64,000 bases of DNA. Source: Chthoniobacterales bacterium. Its GTDB lineage: Bacteria > Verrucomicrobiota > Verrucomicrobiia > Chthoniobacterales > UBA6821. Positions 7,525 to 18,701 of the stretch are shown one piece after another. Made by a program: the position numbers and the translations under genes. Positions within the stretch are counted from its first letter, which is position 1. Each line of letters starts with the position of its first letter. The stretch lies in assembly GCA_026461395.1 (NCBI GenBank), contig JAPJNA010000048.1, forward strand, positions 29,300 through 93,299, written 5' to 3'. The notes beneath the pieces were generated by a model that was not told where the DNA came from, made no database searches, and was given only the letters and a program-made list of their open reading frames with translations.

Positions 7525-9435
7525 ATGCTTGAATCCATCACCACGACGCGTCCCCGCAATGTCGATTGGAAGCGGGCAGCCGCGATCCTCTACGGCGACT
7601 GGGGCACCAGCAAGGCTTATGTCATCGGTCTGGCTTTTGCGGTAGCTGGTTACAGTTCACCGTGGCTCATCGGAGCAATGTGTCTACTTACGGCGCTTGT
7701 GGGGGTCAATTACATGGTCATCTGCCGGCATTATCCGAACGGCGGCGGCGTCTACGCCAGCGTCCGCCATCGCTCCGAGATCATCTCGATCGTGGGCGCA
7801 TTTCTGCTCATTGCGGACTATATCGTGACGGCAGCTGTCAGCGCCCTCTCCGCTTTCCTATATCTTGGAGTGCCTCACCCAGAGATTTTTGCCGCTGGCT
7901 CCATCGCGATTATCGGGGCACTGAATTACTTTGGTCCCAAACATACCGGCGGTGCCGCTATCCTTGTTGCTATTCCCACGTTCATTGTGGTTGGTCTGCT
8001 CGGTCTCCTAGCTATTCCCCATCTGGGAGACGCAGTGATTCACACGCAACCTCTTCATGACGGCTTTCTTCATAATTGGAATGCTTTCGTAGCTATTGTT
8101 CTGGCGCTTTCAGGCGTCGAGGCGATCGCCAACTCGACGGGTGTGATGAAGCTCAATCCGGGCAGCACGCTTGAAAAGCCGAATGTTTCCAAGACCGCCA
8201 ACAAAGCCATTATCGTCGTAATGCTGGAGGTCTGTCTCTTTACGGCCCTGTTGGGCCTGGCCATGGCGGCGCTTCCGGGAATGGTTGTGGCCAATGGAGA
8301 AGTCAACGCCCCCGGTGCCGAGGGGGTTCGCGATTACATGCTCCGCTACATGGCCCAGATCTTTGCAGGCAATCTCTTTGGGCCTATCATCGGACACATT
8401 GCGGCCTGGACTGTCAGCATCGTTTTCGGTGTCCTTCTGCTAAGTGCCGTGAACACGTCGATCGTGGCGCTAAGCGGAATTTCTTTCCTGATGGCCCGCG
8501 ACCAGGAGATGCCGCCGATCTTTGCAAAGCTGAACTCCTTCGGTGTCCCGAATGCGGGCCTTTTCTTCGCCGTCCTTGTGCCTGCAGGTTTAGTCATCGC
8601 TGTGAGCGACATGTCGGGTCTTGCTGATCTCTATGCGGTAGGCGTGGTGGGAGCCATTGCGGTAAACCTTGGGGCAACTAGCACGGACTGGAAGCTTGCC
8701 CTAAAAAATCACGAGCGCGCACTCATGTTCGTGACCTTTGTGATCATGGCAGTGATTGAGATCTCCCTCTTCATCGACAAGCCGAATGCCAGGATCTTTG
8801 CCTTCACGGTGCTAGCTATTGGCCTGGTGCTCCGCGGTCTAGCCAAGGAAAGCGCGGAACGAAAGGCCAAGGCAGCACAAGAGGCGGCCCTGGAGGCGGC
8901 CGTTCTTGCCATGGAGAGTGGAGGCAAGACTTCCACGACAATAATAGCCAGCGAGCCTGCTAATGCATCGTTGACGAAAATTCCTACTGCCACCGGAACG
9001 GCCACGGCGCCGGTACCTGTTCCGAAAGTCTACAATGGCCCCATCCTCGTTGCAGTCAGAGGTAAAGGGCGCACTCTAGATTTTGCTGTCAAGGAAGCCG
9101 CTGAAAACGGCCAGCCTCTCTATGTTCTTTTCGTCCGTGAACAGCCGGTTATCGCGCCGGGTGATCGGCGCAGGAAATGGACCGAGGACAAGCAAGCCCG
9201 TGAGACCTTCGAATCATTAAAAGACAAGGGGCTGGGTGAGACCATTATCCCCTGCTACGCCGTGAGTGATGCTCCGGCTCATACCATCGCCGATCTTGCC
9301 TCCACGATCGGAGCGGAGCGGGTCCTGCTCGGCGCTCCCCAGCGGAACACTCTACTCCATGTACTGCGAGGGAATATCATCCGCGAGGTGGCATCGCTTC
9401 TGCCGGATGATATTTATCTTTTGGTCTGCGTGTAA
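7525..9435 (+). CDS. APC-superfamily permease fused to a C-terminal universal stress protein (USP)-like domain
   Basis: ORF 7492..9435 with ATG at 7525. About 12 TM helices with YPNGGGVYASV, typical of APC transporters. The C-terminal ~140 aa (ILVAVRGKGRTLDFAVKEAAENGQPLYVLFV ... RVLLGAPQR) is USP-like. Confidence 0.75.
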   Translation: MLESITTTRPRNVDWKRAAAILYGDWGTSKAYVIGLAFAVAGYSSPWLIGAMCLLTALVGVNYMVICRHYPNGGGVYASVRHRSEIISIVGAFLLIADYIVTAAVSALSAFLYLGVPHPEIFAAGSIAIIGALNYFGPKHTGGAAILVAIPTFIVVGLLGLLAIPHLGDAVIHTQPLHDGFLHNWNAFVAIVLALSGVEAIANSTGVMKLNPGSTLEKPNVSKTANKAIIVVMLEVCLFTALLGLAMAALPGMVVANGEVNAPGAEGVRDYMLRYMAQIFAGNLFGPIIGHIAAWTVSIVFGVLLLSAVNTSIVALSGISFLMARDQEMPPIFAKLNSFGVPNAGLFFAVLVPAGLVIAVSDMSGLADLYAVGVVGAIAVNLGATSTDWKLALKNHERALMFVTFVIMAVIEISLFIDKPNARIFAFTVLAIGLVLRGLAKESAERKAKAAQEAALEAAVLAMESGGKTSTTIIASEPANASLTKIPTATGTATAPVPVPKVYNGPILVAVRGKGRTLDFAVKEAAENGQPLYVLFVREQPVIAPGDRRRKWTEDKQARETFESLKDKGLGETIIPCYAVSDAPAHTIADLASTIGAERVLLGAPQRNTLLHVLRGNIIREVASLLPDDIYLLVCV

Positions 9436-9453
9436 GCTTTCTAGGGCCAACCC

Positions 9454-9801
9454 ATGATTGTCGAACGACTCAAATACATTATCTGGGCAGCGGACACCAC
9501 CCGAGCCGTTACCTTCTACACCACGGTCTTCGGTGGGAAAGTGATCCGAGAGAATTCAGCGGTGACCGATATCGAGGTCGCTGGCGGCATCATTGGCATC
9601 CATGGCGGCGGCGAGGGAAAACGCACCTGGACCGGAATGAGCTTTCAGGTGGCCGATGTCATCGAAAGTGCCGCGGAGATCGTCGCTGCGGGTGGGCAGT
9701 TGCTGCGTGAACCGCAACCTGAGAATGGGGAACCGCCGCACCTGGCGATGTGTGTGGATACTGAGGGCAATGAAATTATGCTCTCCCGCAAGAGAGGCTA
9801 A
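9454..9801 (+). CDS. VOC/glyoxalase-family protein
   Basis: 115 aa. Its size and beta-alpha-beta-beta-beta-like pattern (AVTFYTTVFGG ... IGIHGG ... CVDTEGNEIML) resemble glyoxalase/bleomycin-resistance folds. Confidence 0.65.
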   Translation: MIVERLKYIIWAADTTRAVTFYTTVFGGKVIRENSAVTDIEVAGGIIGIHGGGEGKRTWTGMSFQVADVIESAAEIVAAGGQLLREPQPENGEPPHLAMCVDTEGNEIMLSRKRG

Positions 9802-10589
9802 TTCATCTCGACACGTTGGAACGGTTCAGACGAAATCGTTGCCCCTCCTATGAATGGAACATCCAGATCAATAATGATGTAAAAAGTCAGGCAGATCACT
9901 CCAGTTAGTACGATGGTAAGAATGGCTTGAAGCCAGAAGTTTTGAGCTTCAAAGAGATAAGAAAGGCCGACGGTGGCAACGGCGCCAACCAGTAGAACCA
10001 ACCAAAGAACTGGAGGAAGGCTGGATGAGGAGTCATCAATGCGCGATGCTCTTAGGCTGTTCATAGCAGTGAGACATTCGATTGAGGTGTGGAAGAAATC
10101 TTTTTCCTGATCGTTACTCGGTTTAAAGCGCAAATACGCTTCTCCTATTTTCTGCAGTCCTTGAATCGTTCTCGGGCTGGCCTCTCCCTTTTCCAAGCAC
10201 TTCCACTCATCATTCACCAAGGAATCGCGATAATTGCGAAGGAGTTGTTGAAGGTCCCCATGCGTCGGTTGAGGGAATGCCTTGGTCACGAAATAGAGAT
10301 CTCGGAGATAACGTGCTTCCTGGACGAGATTCGTAGAGGTTGTGGAATAGGCCTGCCAAGTCGCGGTGAACACGAAGGCCAAAAAAATGCCATAGACAGT
10401 TCCCAGCGTGCTGAAAAAAGGTCCTGTGACGTCATGACTCTGCTTGAGAAAACGCAAGGGGACCGCTTTTCTGAAAAGATAGAGTCCAATGAGCGAGAGG
10501 AACATGGGTGGGAGCACGCACAATGCCAACAACTCCACCATGGAAAGATCGAAGCAAAGAGACTGCTCCAGACTCATGGCGCCTATCAT
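9798..10589 (-). CDS. DUF4239-like (bestrophin-like) membrane protein
   Basis: 263 aa. Two N-terminal and two C-terminal TM helices flank a soluble helical region. Assigned from recollection of the family pattern only. Confidence 0.55.
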   Translation of the reverse strand: MIGAMSLEQSLCFDLSMVELLALCVLPPMFLSLIGLYLFRKAVPLRFLKQSHDVTGPFFSTLGTVYGIFLAFVFTATWQAYSTTSTNLVQEARYLRDLYFVTKAFPQPTHGDLQQLLRNYRDSLVNDEWKCLEKGEASPRTIQGLQKIGEAYLRFKPSNDQEKDFFHTSIECLTAMNSLRASRIDDSSSSLPPVLWLVLLVGAVATVGLSYLFEAQNFWLQAILTIVLTGVICLTFYIIIDLDVPFIGGATISSEPFQRVEMN

Positions 10590-10597
10590 GAAAATGT

Positions 10598-12598
<2,001 letters not shown>

Positions 12599-12649
12599 TT
12601 AGGCTGAAGGTTATTAGACTGTTAGGAAGAGAAGAAAAAAGGAATAGGT

Positions 12650-12691
12650 GAAGGAAAAGAAAGGGCCACGCGTGGTGTGCACGGCGCGGCC
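12650..12691 (-). terminator. intrinsic-terminator-like hairpin forming the thiC riboswitch expression platform
   Basis: Minus strand reads GGCCGCGCCGTGCACACCACGCGTGGCC (about 8-bp stem) followed by CTTTCTTTTCCTTC. It lies between the TPP aptamer and the thiC ATG. Confidence 0.5.
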
Positions 12692-12694
12692 TGA

Positions 12695-12772
12695 GTCTTC
12701 TCCCTGACCTGCGTCAGGTTCAAAGGGTCGTCCGTTATGTCCCGGACCTCTCAGCCAGCTGGCTCCCCCGCA
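12695..12772 (-). promoter_or_regulatory. TPP (THI-box) riboswitch aptamer
   Basis: Minus strand reads GGGGGAGCCAGCTGGCTGAGAGGTCCGGGACATAACGGACGACCCTTTGAACCTGACGCAGGTCAGGGAGAAG. It contains the conserved CUGAGA and ACCCUUUGAACCUGA ... GGGA elements and sits upstream of thiC. Confidence 0.8.
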
Positions 12773-12820
12773 TGTGGAATATCAATTCAGAATAAGCGAC
12801 TCGCGCCCCGGGTCAACGAA

Positions 12821-13681
12821 TCAAAGCATCCGTTCCAGGAAAGAGGCCCGGTCAAAGAGGTTGAGATCTCCGACTTGTTCGCCTGTTCCTATGAAGCGGG
12901 GAGTAATGCCTGTCTCCCGGGCGATCGCCACGGCGACGCCCCCCTTCCCGGAACCATCTAGCTTAGTAAGGATCAAACCGGTGAGAGGGGTGGCGGCATG
13001 GAATTCCCTAGCCTGCACGACCGCATTGCTCCCAGTCGTGGTGTCAGCCACGAGAAAAACTTCATGGGGTGCATTCGGGTCGATCTTGCCCAGAGAGCGT
13101 TTCATTTTCGCAAGCTCCTGCATCAGATTCGACTTAGTATGGAGGCGGCCAGCGGTGTCACAGATGAGAAAGTCAGATTTCAGGCGCTTTGCCTTGGCAA
13201 GGGCATCGTGACAAAGAGCCGCAGGATCGGCTCCGTACTCACTGCTCACTACCTCAATACCAAGGCGCTCACCCCAGGCCTTGAGTTGCTCAACAGCCGC
13301 TGCACGGAAGGTGTCGGCCGCGCAGAGGAGGACCGCGTGATCCCGTGACTTCAGTAGTGCCGCAAGCTTGGCGCTGCTGGTGGTCTTGCCGGTGCCATTG
13401 ACCCCTACCATGAGGATCACAACGGGGCCTTCCGAGCCGGCAGGCAAGGGGCTGAGATCTTCTCCTTTCTCCGGAAGATATTTTGCTGCCTCCTCACGGG
13501 CGGCCTCCAGGACATTCTCGGAATGGAGGCTCAGGCCTTTGCTGCGCAGCGATTCGAGGATGGCGGTCGCTGTGGGCGCCCCCAGATCGGATTGCCAGAG
13601 TGCGGCCTCGACCTCTTCCCAATCCACAGCCTGATGGGAGCCCGTGATGCGTCCAAGGACGTTTTTTAGCCATCCAGCCAT
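12821..13681 (-). CDS. ftsY: signal recognition particle receptor FtsY (NG domain only)
   Basis: 286 aa. SRP GTPase motifs GVNGTGKTTS, DTAGR and TKLDG. Confidence 0.9.
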   Translation of the reverse strand: MAGWLKNVLGRITGSHQAVDWEEVEAALWQSDLGAPTATAILESLRSKGLSLHSENVLEAAREEAAKYLPEKGEDLSPLPAGSEGPVVILMVGVNGTGKTTSSAKLAALLKSRDHAVLLCAADTFRAAAVEQLKAWGERLGIEVVSSEYGADPAALCHDALAKAKRLKSDFLICDTAGRLHTKSNLMQELAKMKRSLGKIDPNAPHEVFLVADTTTGSNAVVQAREFHAATPLTGLILTKLDGSGKGGVAVAIARETGITPRFIGTGEQVGDLNLFDRASFLERML

Positions 13682-14154
13682 CAGTCAGATGAGGGCTCTT
13701 CGGACTCGATCTCCTCGCCAACGCTCGTCGAGGCAGGGGTGCGGTCCGGGCGCTGGAGCGTTGACTTGATCTTGTCTAAGACCCCGTTCACAAAACGTCC
13801 CGATTCCTCAGTGCCATACTTCTTGGCAATGTTGATGGCCTCGTTAATCGAGACTACGGGAGGAATTTCGGCGCAAAAAAGCATCTCGTGAATCGCCAAT
13901 CGGAGGATGTTGCGGTCAACGGCTGAGAGACGCTCCAGCTCGTAGTTCTGGCTGTGCTCGCGCAGTTTGATGTCGATCTCAGCGGAATGCTCGAGCAGGC
14001 CGCTCACCAGGCCTTCACAGAATCGGCGAGCCGAAGGACTAAGTCCCCGGAAGGCATAGAAATCCTCGAGGTCGGAAACACCCGCACCACCGCCCTGATC
14101 GCGCTGGTAGAGAAACTGAATGGCGGCCTCGCGGCCTTCGCTTCGTACGCCCAT
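13681..14154 (-). CDS. nusB: transcription antitermination factor NusB
   Basis: 157 aa. NusB-like helices (REAAIQFLYQ, INEAINIAKKYG). Classic ribH-nusB linkage. Confidence 0.85.
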   Translation of the reverse strand: MGVRSEGREAAIQFLYQRDQGGGAGVSDLEDFYAFRGLSPSARRFCEGLVSGLLEHSAEIDIKLREHSQNYELERLSAVDRNILRLAIHEMLFCAEIPPVVSINEAINIAKKYGTEESGRFVNGVLDKIKSTLQRPDRTPASTSVGEEIESEEPSSD

Positions 14155-14160
14155 GATAAC

Positions 14161-14646
14161 TCAGGTTCCGGATGTCGTGAGGGCGGCAGAGGCACGGATA
14201 ACCTCGATGGCGGCGCGTGCAGCCTCGGTACCACGGTTACTCTCGCTGCCCAGGCAGCGCTCCCGAGCCTGCTCTTCGTTCTGAAGCAGAAGTACGCCGT
14301 GAATAATCGGGACGCTGGACTCTATCGACATTCGGCAGAGTGCATCGCTCACGGAAGCGGCTATCAAGTTGGCATGAGCGGTCTCACCCTGAAAAATGAC
14401 CCCGAGACAAATAACAGCATCGGGTTTGTTTTTTTGGATAAGCTGGCCGGCCAGATAGGGAATCTCAAAGGATCCCGGTGCATAAACGACTTGCGTCTTT
14501 GACTCTGGCTCAATCAAGGCGATTTCTTCGAGTGCCTTGGACAGCATCGGCTCCACAAATTCCCCATTGTACCGGCTTGCTACGATCGAAATGCGGTTCG
14601 CGGCTTTGAACCCCATTCTGGGTCTAGGTGTAAGTGGCTTAAGCAT
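14161..14646 (-). CDS. ribH: 6,7-dimethyl-8-ribityllumazine synthase
   Basis: 161 aa. Lumazine synthase blocks (VPGSFEIP, GVIFQGETAH) upstream of nusB. Confidence 0.9.
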   Translation of the reverse strand: MLKPLTPRPRMGFKAANRISIVASRYNGEFVEPMLSKALEEIALIEPESKTQVVYAPGSFEIPYLAGQLIQKNKPDAVICLGVIFQGETAHANLIAASVSDALCRMSIESSVPIIHGVLLLQNEEQARERCLGSESNRGTEAARAAIEVIRASAALTTSGT

Positions 14647-14765
14647 CTGGGAAAGAATGAAGGCTAAAGGATGAATTATGAAGGCTAAAGGGGATTTGAG
14701 GGATCGGTAATAGGGAGATTCGAAAGGAGTGTTCTCCCGACCCCCTATTTCCTAGAACCTATCGC

Positions 14766-16028
14766 CTAGATCATATGCCCGAGCTTCTTCTTCTTCGTAG
14801 AGAGATAGCGCGCGTTGTGCCGGTTGGGCTCAGAGCTGATAGTGACACGTTCGATGATCTCCATGCCGTAACCTTCAAGCCCAACGACCTTTCTAGGGTT
14901 ATTCGTGAGAAGACGAATCTTGGTGACTCCGAGATCAGCTAGGATCTGGGCGCCCGTTCCGTAATCACGGAGGTCGGCCGGGTAGCCGAGGCGCTCGTTT
15001 GCCTCGACGGTATCGAGTCCTTCTTCCTGAAGCTTATAAGCATGGATCTTTGCCGGCAGTCCGATCCCCCTGCCCTCCTGACGCATGTAGACAAGGACGC
15101 CATGCCCGCTCTCGGCTATCTGAGCCAATGCACGGTGTAACTGGCTACCGCAATCACAACGGCGAGAACCGAAGACGTCGCCTGTGAGGCATTCACTGTG
15201 GACGCGCACAAGTGCAGGCTTCTTGGGATCGATAGGTCCCTTCACCAGGGCCAGGTGATGATGGTTATCCACCTCGGCTCGATAGAGGAACATCTTGAAA
15301 TCACCAAAATCCGTCGGCATCTCGATCTCCTGTTCCCTACGGACGAGCTTCTCGCTCTTACGGCGGTAGGCGATGAGATCTCTGATCGAGCAGATCCTGA
15401 GACCATGCTTCTTCTTGAACTTCAAGAGATCTGGCAGGCGCGCCATTGAACCGTCCTCATTCAGGATCTCGCAAATGACACCCGATGGGTCGAGTCCCGC
15501 AAGTCGTGCCAAGTCGACTCCCGCCTCGGTGTGACCGGCCCGTTTGAGGACTCCCCCCTCCGCGGCCTGAAGTGGGAAAAGGTGTCCCGGTTGGCGGAGA
15601 TCCTTCGAGCTAGCTGTGGGATTTGCCAAAACCTTGATCGTCGCCGCGCGGTCGCGGGCGCTGATGCCGGTGGTTGTGCCGTGGGAGGCGTCGACCGAGA
15701 CGGTGAAGTCGGTGGCGTGGAGTTCCCGATTATGAGCCACCATGCGCTGGAGTCCCAGATGGGCCGCCCGATCCTCGGTGATGGGAACACAGATGAGTCC
15801 CCTCCCGTGGGTCGCCATGAAATTCACTGCCTGTGGCGTGACCTTGGAGGCAGCCATGACGAGATCACCTTCATTCTCACGATCCTCGTCATCGGTGACG
15901 ATGACCATGCGCCCCCTGCGGATCTCGTCGATCACATCGGCAATGGAATCAAAGGCAGAGGATTTGATGCCTTTGTTGAAAACTCTTTTTTTAGGAGCTT
16001 TTCCTGGCTTCACAGGCGATTTTTTCAT
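14766..16028 (-). CDS. ribBA: bifunctional 3,4-dihydroxy-2-butanone-4-phosphate synthase / GTP cyclohydrolase II
   Basis: 420 aa. RibB part [12 protein letters not shown] and RibA part [21 protein letters not shown]. Confidence 0.9.
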   Translation of the reverse strand: MKKSPVKPGKAPKKRVFNKGIKSSAFDSIADVIDEIRRGRMVIVTDDEDRENEGDLVMAASKVTPQAVNFMATHGRGLICVPITEDRAAHLGLQRMVAHNRELHATDFTVSVDASHGTTTGISARDRAATIKVLANPTASSKDLRQPGHLFPLQAAEGGVLKRAGHTEAGVDLARLAGLDPSGVICEILNEDGSMARLPDLLKFKKKHGLRICSIRDLIAYRRKSEKLVRREQEIEMPTDFGDFKMFLYRAEVDNHHHLALVKGPIDPKKPALVRVHSECLTGDVFGSRRCDCGSQLHRALAQIAESGHGVLVYMRQEGRGIGLPAKIHAYKLQEEGLDTVEANERLGYPADLRDYGTGAQILADLGVTKIRLLTNNPRKVVGLEGYGMEIIERVTISSEPNRHNARYLSTKKKKLGHMI

Positions 16029-17188
16029 GCAAGGGAGGGGGTATCTTGAAGCATGGCCGGATCAAGGGTGGTGCGTCGCGCGATCCATCCGCCACCGATA
16101 ACGCGATCGCCGTCATAGAAGACGGCGGCTTGTCCCGGGGTGACGGCACGCAGAGGCTGGAGGGGGCGGATAACGGCGGTATCATTCTCCCCTGCGGTCA
16201 CTTCGGCCAAGTCTCCCGAGTGACCATGGCGGACTTTCACCGAAAGTCTCCGTGGGGTTGAGGGTGCTTCTCCATGCCAATTGGTCCGATTGACAAGGAA
16301 CTCCTCGCAAAGCAAGTCCTCCTCCCCTCCCAGGACGACACGGCCGCTTGAGGCGTCGATATCGATGACATACCGAGGAGTTCCTGCCCCTCCTGGAAGA
16401 CCTTTGCGCTGACCGATCGTGAAGAGTTCTATGCCATCATGCGGCCCGATGTGATTGCCCTGCATGTCGTAAAAACCGCCCGGCTGAAACGTCTCGCCGC
16501 GATCTGTGAAACGATCTTTGAGGAAGGCCTTGTAATCCTTGCCCGGCACGAAGCAGATCTCCTGACTATCCTCCTTGTCGGCGACCTTGAGGCCCAGCTT
16601 GCGGGCGATGCTCCGGATCTCCTCTTTGGTGAGGGAACCGAGAGGGAAAAGAGCTCGTGCGAGCTGCTCCCGTCGTAGACTGAAGAGGAAGTAGGACTGA
16701 TCCTTCTTGGGATCGAGTCCTTTACGGAGGATTGGGGCCCTCTGCTTGTCATCTTTATCCTCGGGATGCTCAACGGAGGCATAATGGCCCGTGGCTATGT
16801 AGGCCGCGCCCAGGGCGGTCGCCTTGTCCCAGAGGTTGCCAAACTTCAGCTTCTCGTTGCACATGACACAGGGGTTCGGTGTACGCCCGGCCTTATACTC
16901 ATCGGCAAAGTAATCGATTACCAACCGCTCGAAGGGCACGGCTTCATCGATTACGTAATGGGGCACTCCCAGCGCATGGGCCACGCCACGGGCATCCGCG
17001 ATCGCTTGGGGGCCGCAGCACTTGTCCTCCGCGCGGGACATGCAATCCTGCGGCCAGAGCTTCATGGTGACGCCGATGACCTCCCATCCCTGCTCCTTCA
17101 GCAGATAGGCAGCAACGCTGGAGTCCACTCCTCCGCTCATTCCAACGACGACGCGTCGGGATTCGGATGATGGTGCAGGTGTTGTCAT
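16025..17188 (-). CDS. mnmA: tRNA 2-thiouridine(34) synthase
   Basis: 387 aa. PP-loop [14 protein letters not shown] and the conserved catalytic Cys region (NPCVMCN). Confidence 0.9.
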   Translation of the reverse strand: MTTPAPSSESRRVVVGMSGGVDSSVAAYLLKEQGWEVIGVTMKLWPQDCMSRAEDKCCGPQAIADARGVAHALGVPHYVIDEAVPFERLVIDYFADEYKAGRTPNPCVMCNEKLKFGNLWDKATALGAAYIATGHYASVEHPEDKDDKQRAPILRKGLDPKKDQSYFLFSLRREQLARALFPLGSLTKEEIRSIARKLGLKVADKEDSQEICFVPGKDYKAFLKDRFTDRGETFQPGGFYDMQGNHIGPHDGIELFTIGQRKGLPGGAGTPRYVIDIDASSGRVVLGGEEDLLCEEFLVNRTNWHGEAPSTPRRLSVKVRHGHSGDLAEVTAGENDTAVIRPLQPLRAVTPGQAAVFYDGDRVIGGGWIARRTTLDPAMLQDTPSLA

Positions 17189-17287
17189 GGAATCAGGCTG
17201 TCGGGAGGGGAAAACTTAGCCGCTCTGTGATGAAGCGTCAACGAATGGGGTTCTCTGTCTGGTTTCTCTCCGGTTCGGGAGAATTGC

Positions 17288-17320
17288 CAAAAAAAAGGCC
17301 CCGGAGTTTCCTCCGGGGCC
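17288..17320 (-). terminator. intrinsic terminator downstream of the OM barrel gene
   Basis: GGCCCCGGAG-TTTC-CTCCGGGGCC hairpin at 17297-17320, followed on the minus strand by a run of 8 T (plus-strand A-run 17289-17296). Confidence 0.7.
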
Positions 17321-17349
17321 TTTTGAAGTGTTCTTATTCTAAGAGATTC

Positions 17350-17880
17350 TTAGAAGATGAAGCGGAGACCAGCGCGGGTAAGGCTCTCGTTGAGACCGTT
17401 GTTACCGTAGAGGTAACGGGAATCAGCGAAGAGACCGATGCCACGGTTGATGCGGTACTCAAGACCACCACCAACGTTACCGTTGCCCTGGCTCTGAGTT
17501 CCCCAGGTTGCACCGCCGCCAACGAGGGCGTAAGGAGCAAGGTGGAGGCTCTCGATTGGGAGACGAGCGATCAAGTTACCCTGAGTGCTGTTGTAGGTGT
17601 GGCCGTTGCCGTTGAGGCTGGTGAGGGTATCGTCAATGCCGATACCGAAATACTTCGTGAAGAAGTAGTTCAGGCCGAGACCGCCGCCGAAGCCGTTAAC
17701 AGATCCGCCATTGTAGCGACCTGCTGCACCGGCTGCGAATACGTCGAGCTGGACTTCACCGGCACGGAAGAGATCTTCCTGAGGGGCGACGACAACTTTC
17801 TTGGAGGAGACTGCGGAACCTGCGAACGAGGTCGCGGCGGTAGCAATCACAACTGCGAGGAGTGTAAGTGTTTTGTTCAT
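17350..17880 (-). CDS. small outer-membrane beta-barrel protein (OmpX/OmpW-like size class)
   Basis: 176 aa. Signal peptide MNKTLTLLAVVIATAATSFA, alternating Gly/aromatic beta-strand pattern and a C-terminal aromatic residue (GLRFIF). Confidence 0.7.
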   Translation of the reverse strand: MNKTLTLLAVVIATAATSFAGSAVSSKKVVVAPQEDLFRAGEVQLDVFAAGAAGRYNGGSVNGFGGGLGLNYFFTKYFGIGIDDTLTSLNGNGHTYNSTQGNLIARLPIESLHLAPYALVGGGATWGTQSQGNGNVGGGLEYRINRGIGLFADSRYLYGNNGLNESLTRAGLRFIF

Positions 17881-18079
17881 TTAGTTTTGGTTTATGGTTG
17901 TACTGACACGTTGAGTGGTAGGAGCTGTGCACAAAGTTGTCAATAGATTAGTCGGGTGTTTTTCCCTGCTTTCTATGTGACCGGAGGTGAATAAGTACTT
18001 TGCTTAGTCGAGAGGAATCTTCACCGCTTCATATTCTCCCTTGAAGAGATGCGATGACTTGGTACGCTTCGCCCTCATC

Positions 18080-18154
18080 GCCAGTATAGCTCAGCGGTAG
18101 AGTAGGGGACTCATAAGCCCTTGGTCGCAGGTTCGAATCCTGCTACTGGCACCA
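18080..18154 (+). tRNA. tRNA-Met (anticodon CAU), elongator-like; tRNA-Ile2 (lysidine) not excluded
   Basis: Hand-folded cloverleaf. Acceptor GCCAGTA/TACTGGC, D-stem GCTC/GAGT, anticodon loop CTCATAA, T-arm GCAGG-TTCGAAT-CCTGC, encoded CCA. The paired G1-C72 argues against an initiator. Confidence 0.9.
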
Positions 18155-18199
18155 ATCGACTATCCATCGTACCCACTCAAGACACCCAACACCTTTCCT

Positions 18200-18562
18200 A
18201 TGGCAACAAGCAAAGTAGTAGTCAAAAAAAGCAACTCCGAACTCAAGCGCAAGCGCCAGACCATCAAGCGCGAGGCCCGCAATACCAGCGTCCTGAGCCG
18301 TCTTAAGACCGAAGAGAAAAAACTACGTGCCGCACTCCATGCAGGTGTCGATGAGGTGACAGCCCTCTTCCAGAACTTTTCCTCTGCTCTTGATAAGGCC
18401 GCCAAGAAAGGGGCTATCCACAAGAATGTCGCTTCCCGCAAGAAGAGCCGACTGAACACCCGCATTGCCAAAGGAGCCAAGCAGATCGAGGCGCCCAAGA
18501 AGAAGACCGCGGTCAAGAAGGTGGTCACCAAGACCAAGGCGAAACTAAAGCCAAAGAAGTAA
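18200..18562 (+). CDS. rpsT: 30S ribosomal protein S20 with Lys-rich C-terminal extension
   Basis: 120 aa. S20-like KRKRQTIKREARNTSVLSRLKT ... AKKGAIHKNVASRKKSRL, followed by a KKK-rich tail. Confidence 0.85.
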   Translation: MATSKVVVKKSNSELKRKRQTIKREARNTSVLSRLKTEEKKLRAALHAGVDEVTALFQNFSSALDKAAKKGAIHKNVASRKKSRLNTRIAKGAKQIEAPKKKTAVKKVVTKTKAKLKPKK

Positions 18563-18592
18563 ACCGTTTCAGAACAGCCTTCCTTTTTTTAG

Positions 18593-18632
18593 GCCCGACT
18601 TCCCGAACAGGGGAGTCGGGCTTTTCTTTTTT
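18593..18632 (+). terminator. intrinsic terminator after rpsT
   Basis: 12-bp stem GCCCGACTTCCC / GGGGAGTCGGGC with loop GAACA, followed by TTTTCTTTTTT. Confidence 0.8.
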
Positions 18633-18701
18633 GCGCGGCACTCTCTTGAAAAAGGTGCATCCTGCGTAAAGAGGCGGAAATCAAACCACTGCAGGAGAAT
18701 C

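Noticed and set aside
18460-18562. Lys-rich ~30-aa C-terminal extension on ribosomal protein S20.
   Set aside because: Basic tails on small ribosomal proteins vary widely between lineages, so this is noted but not considered unusual enough.
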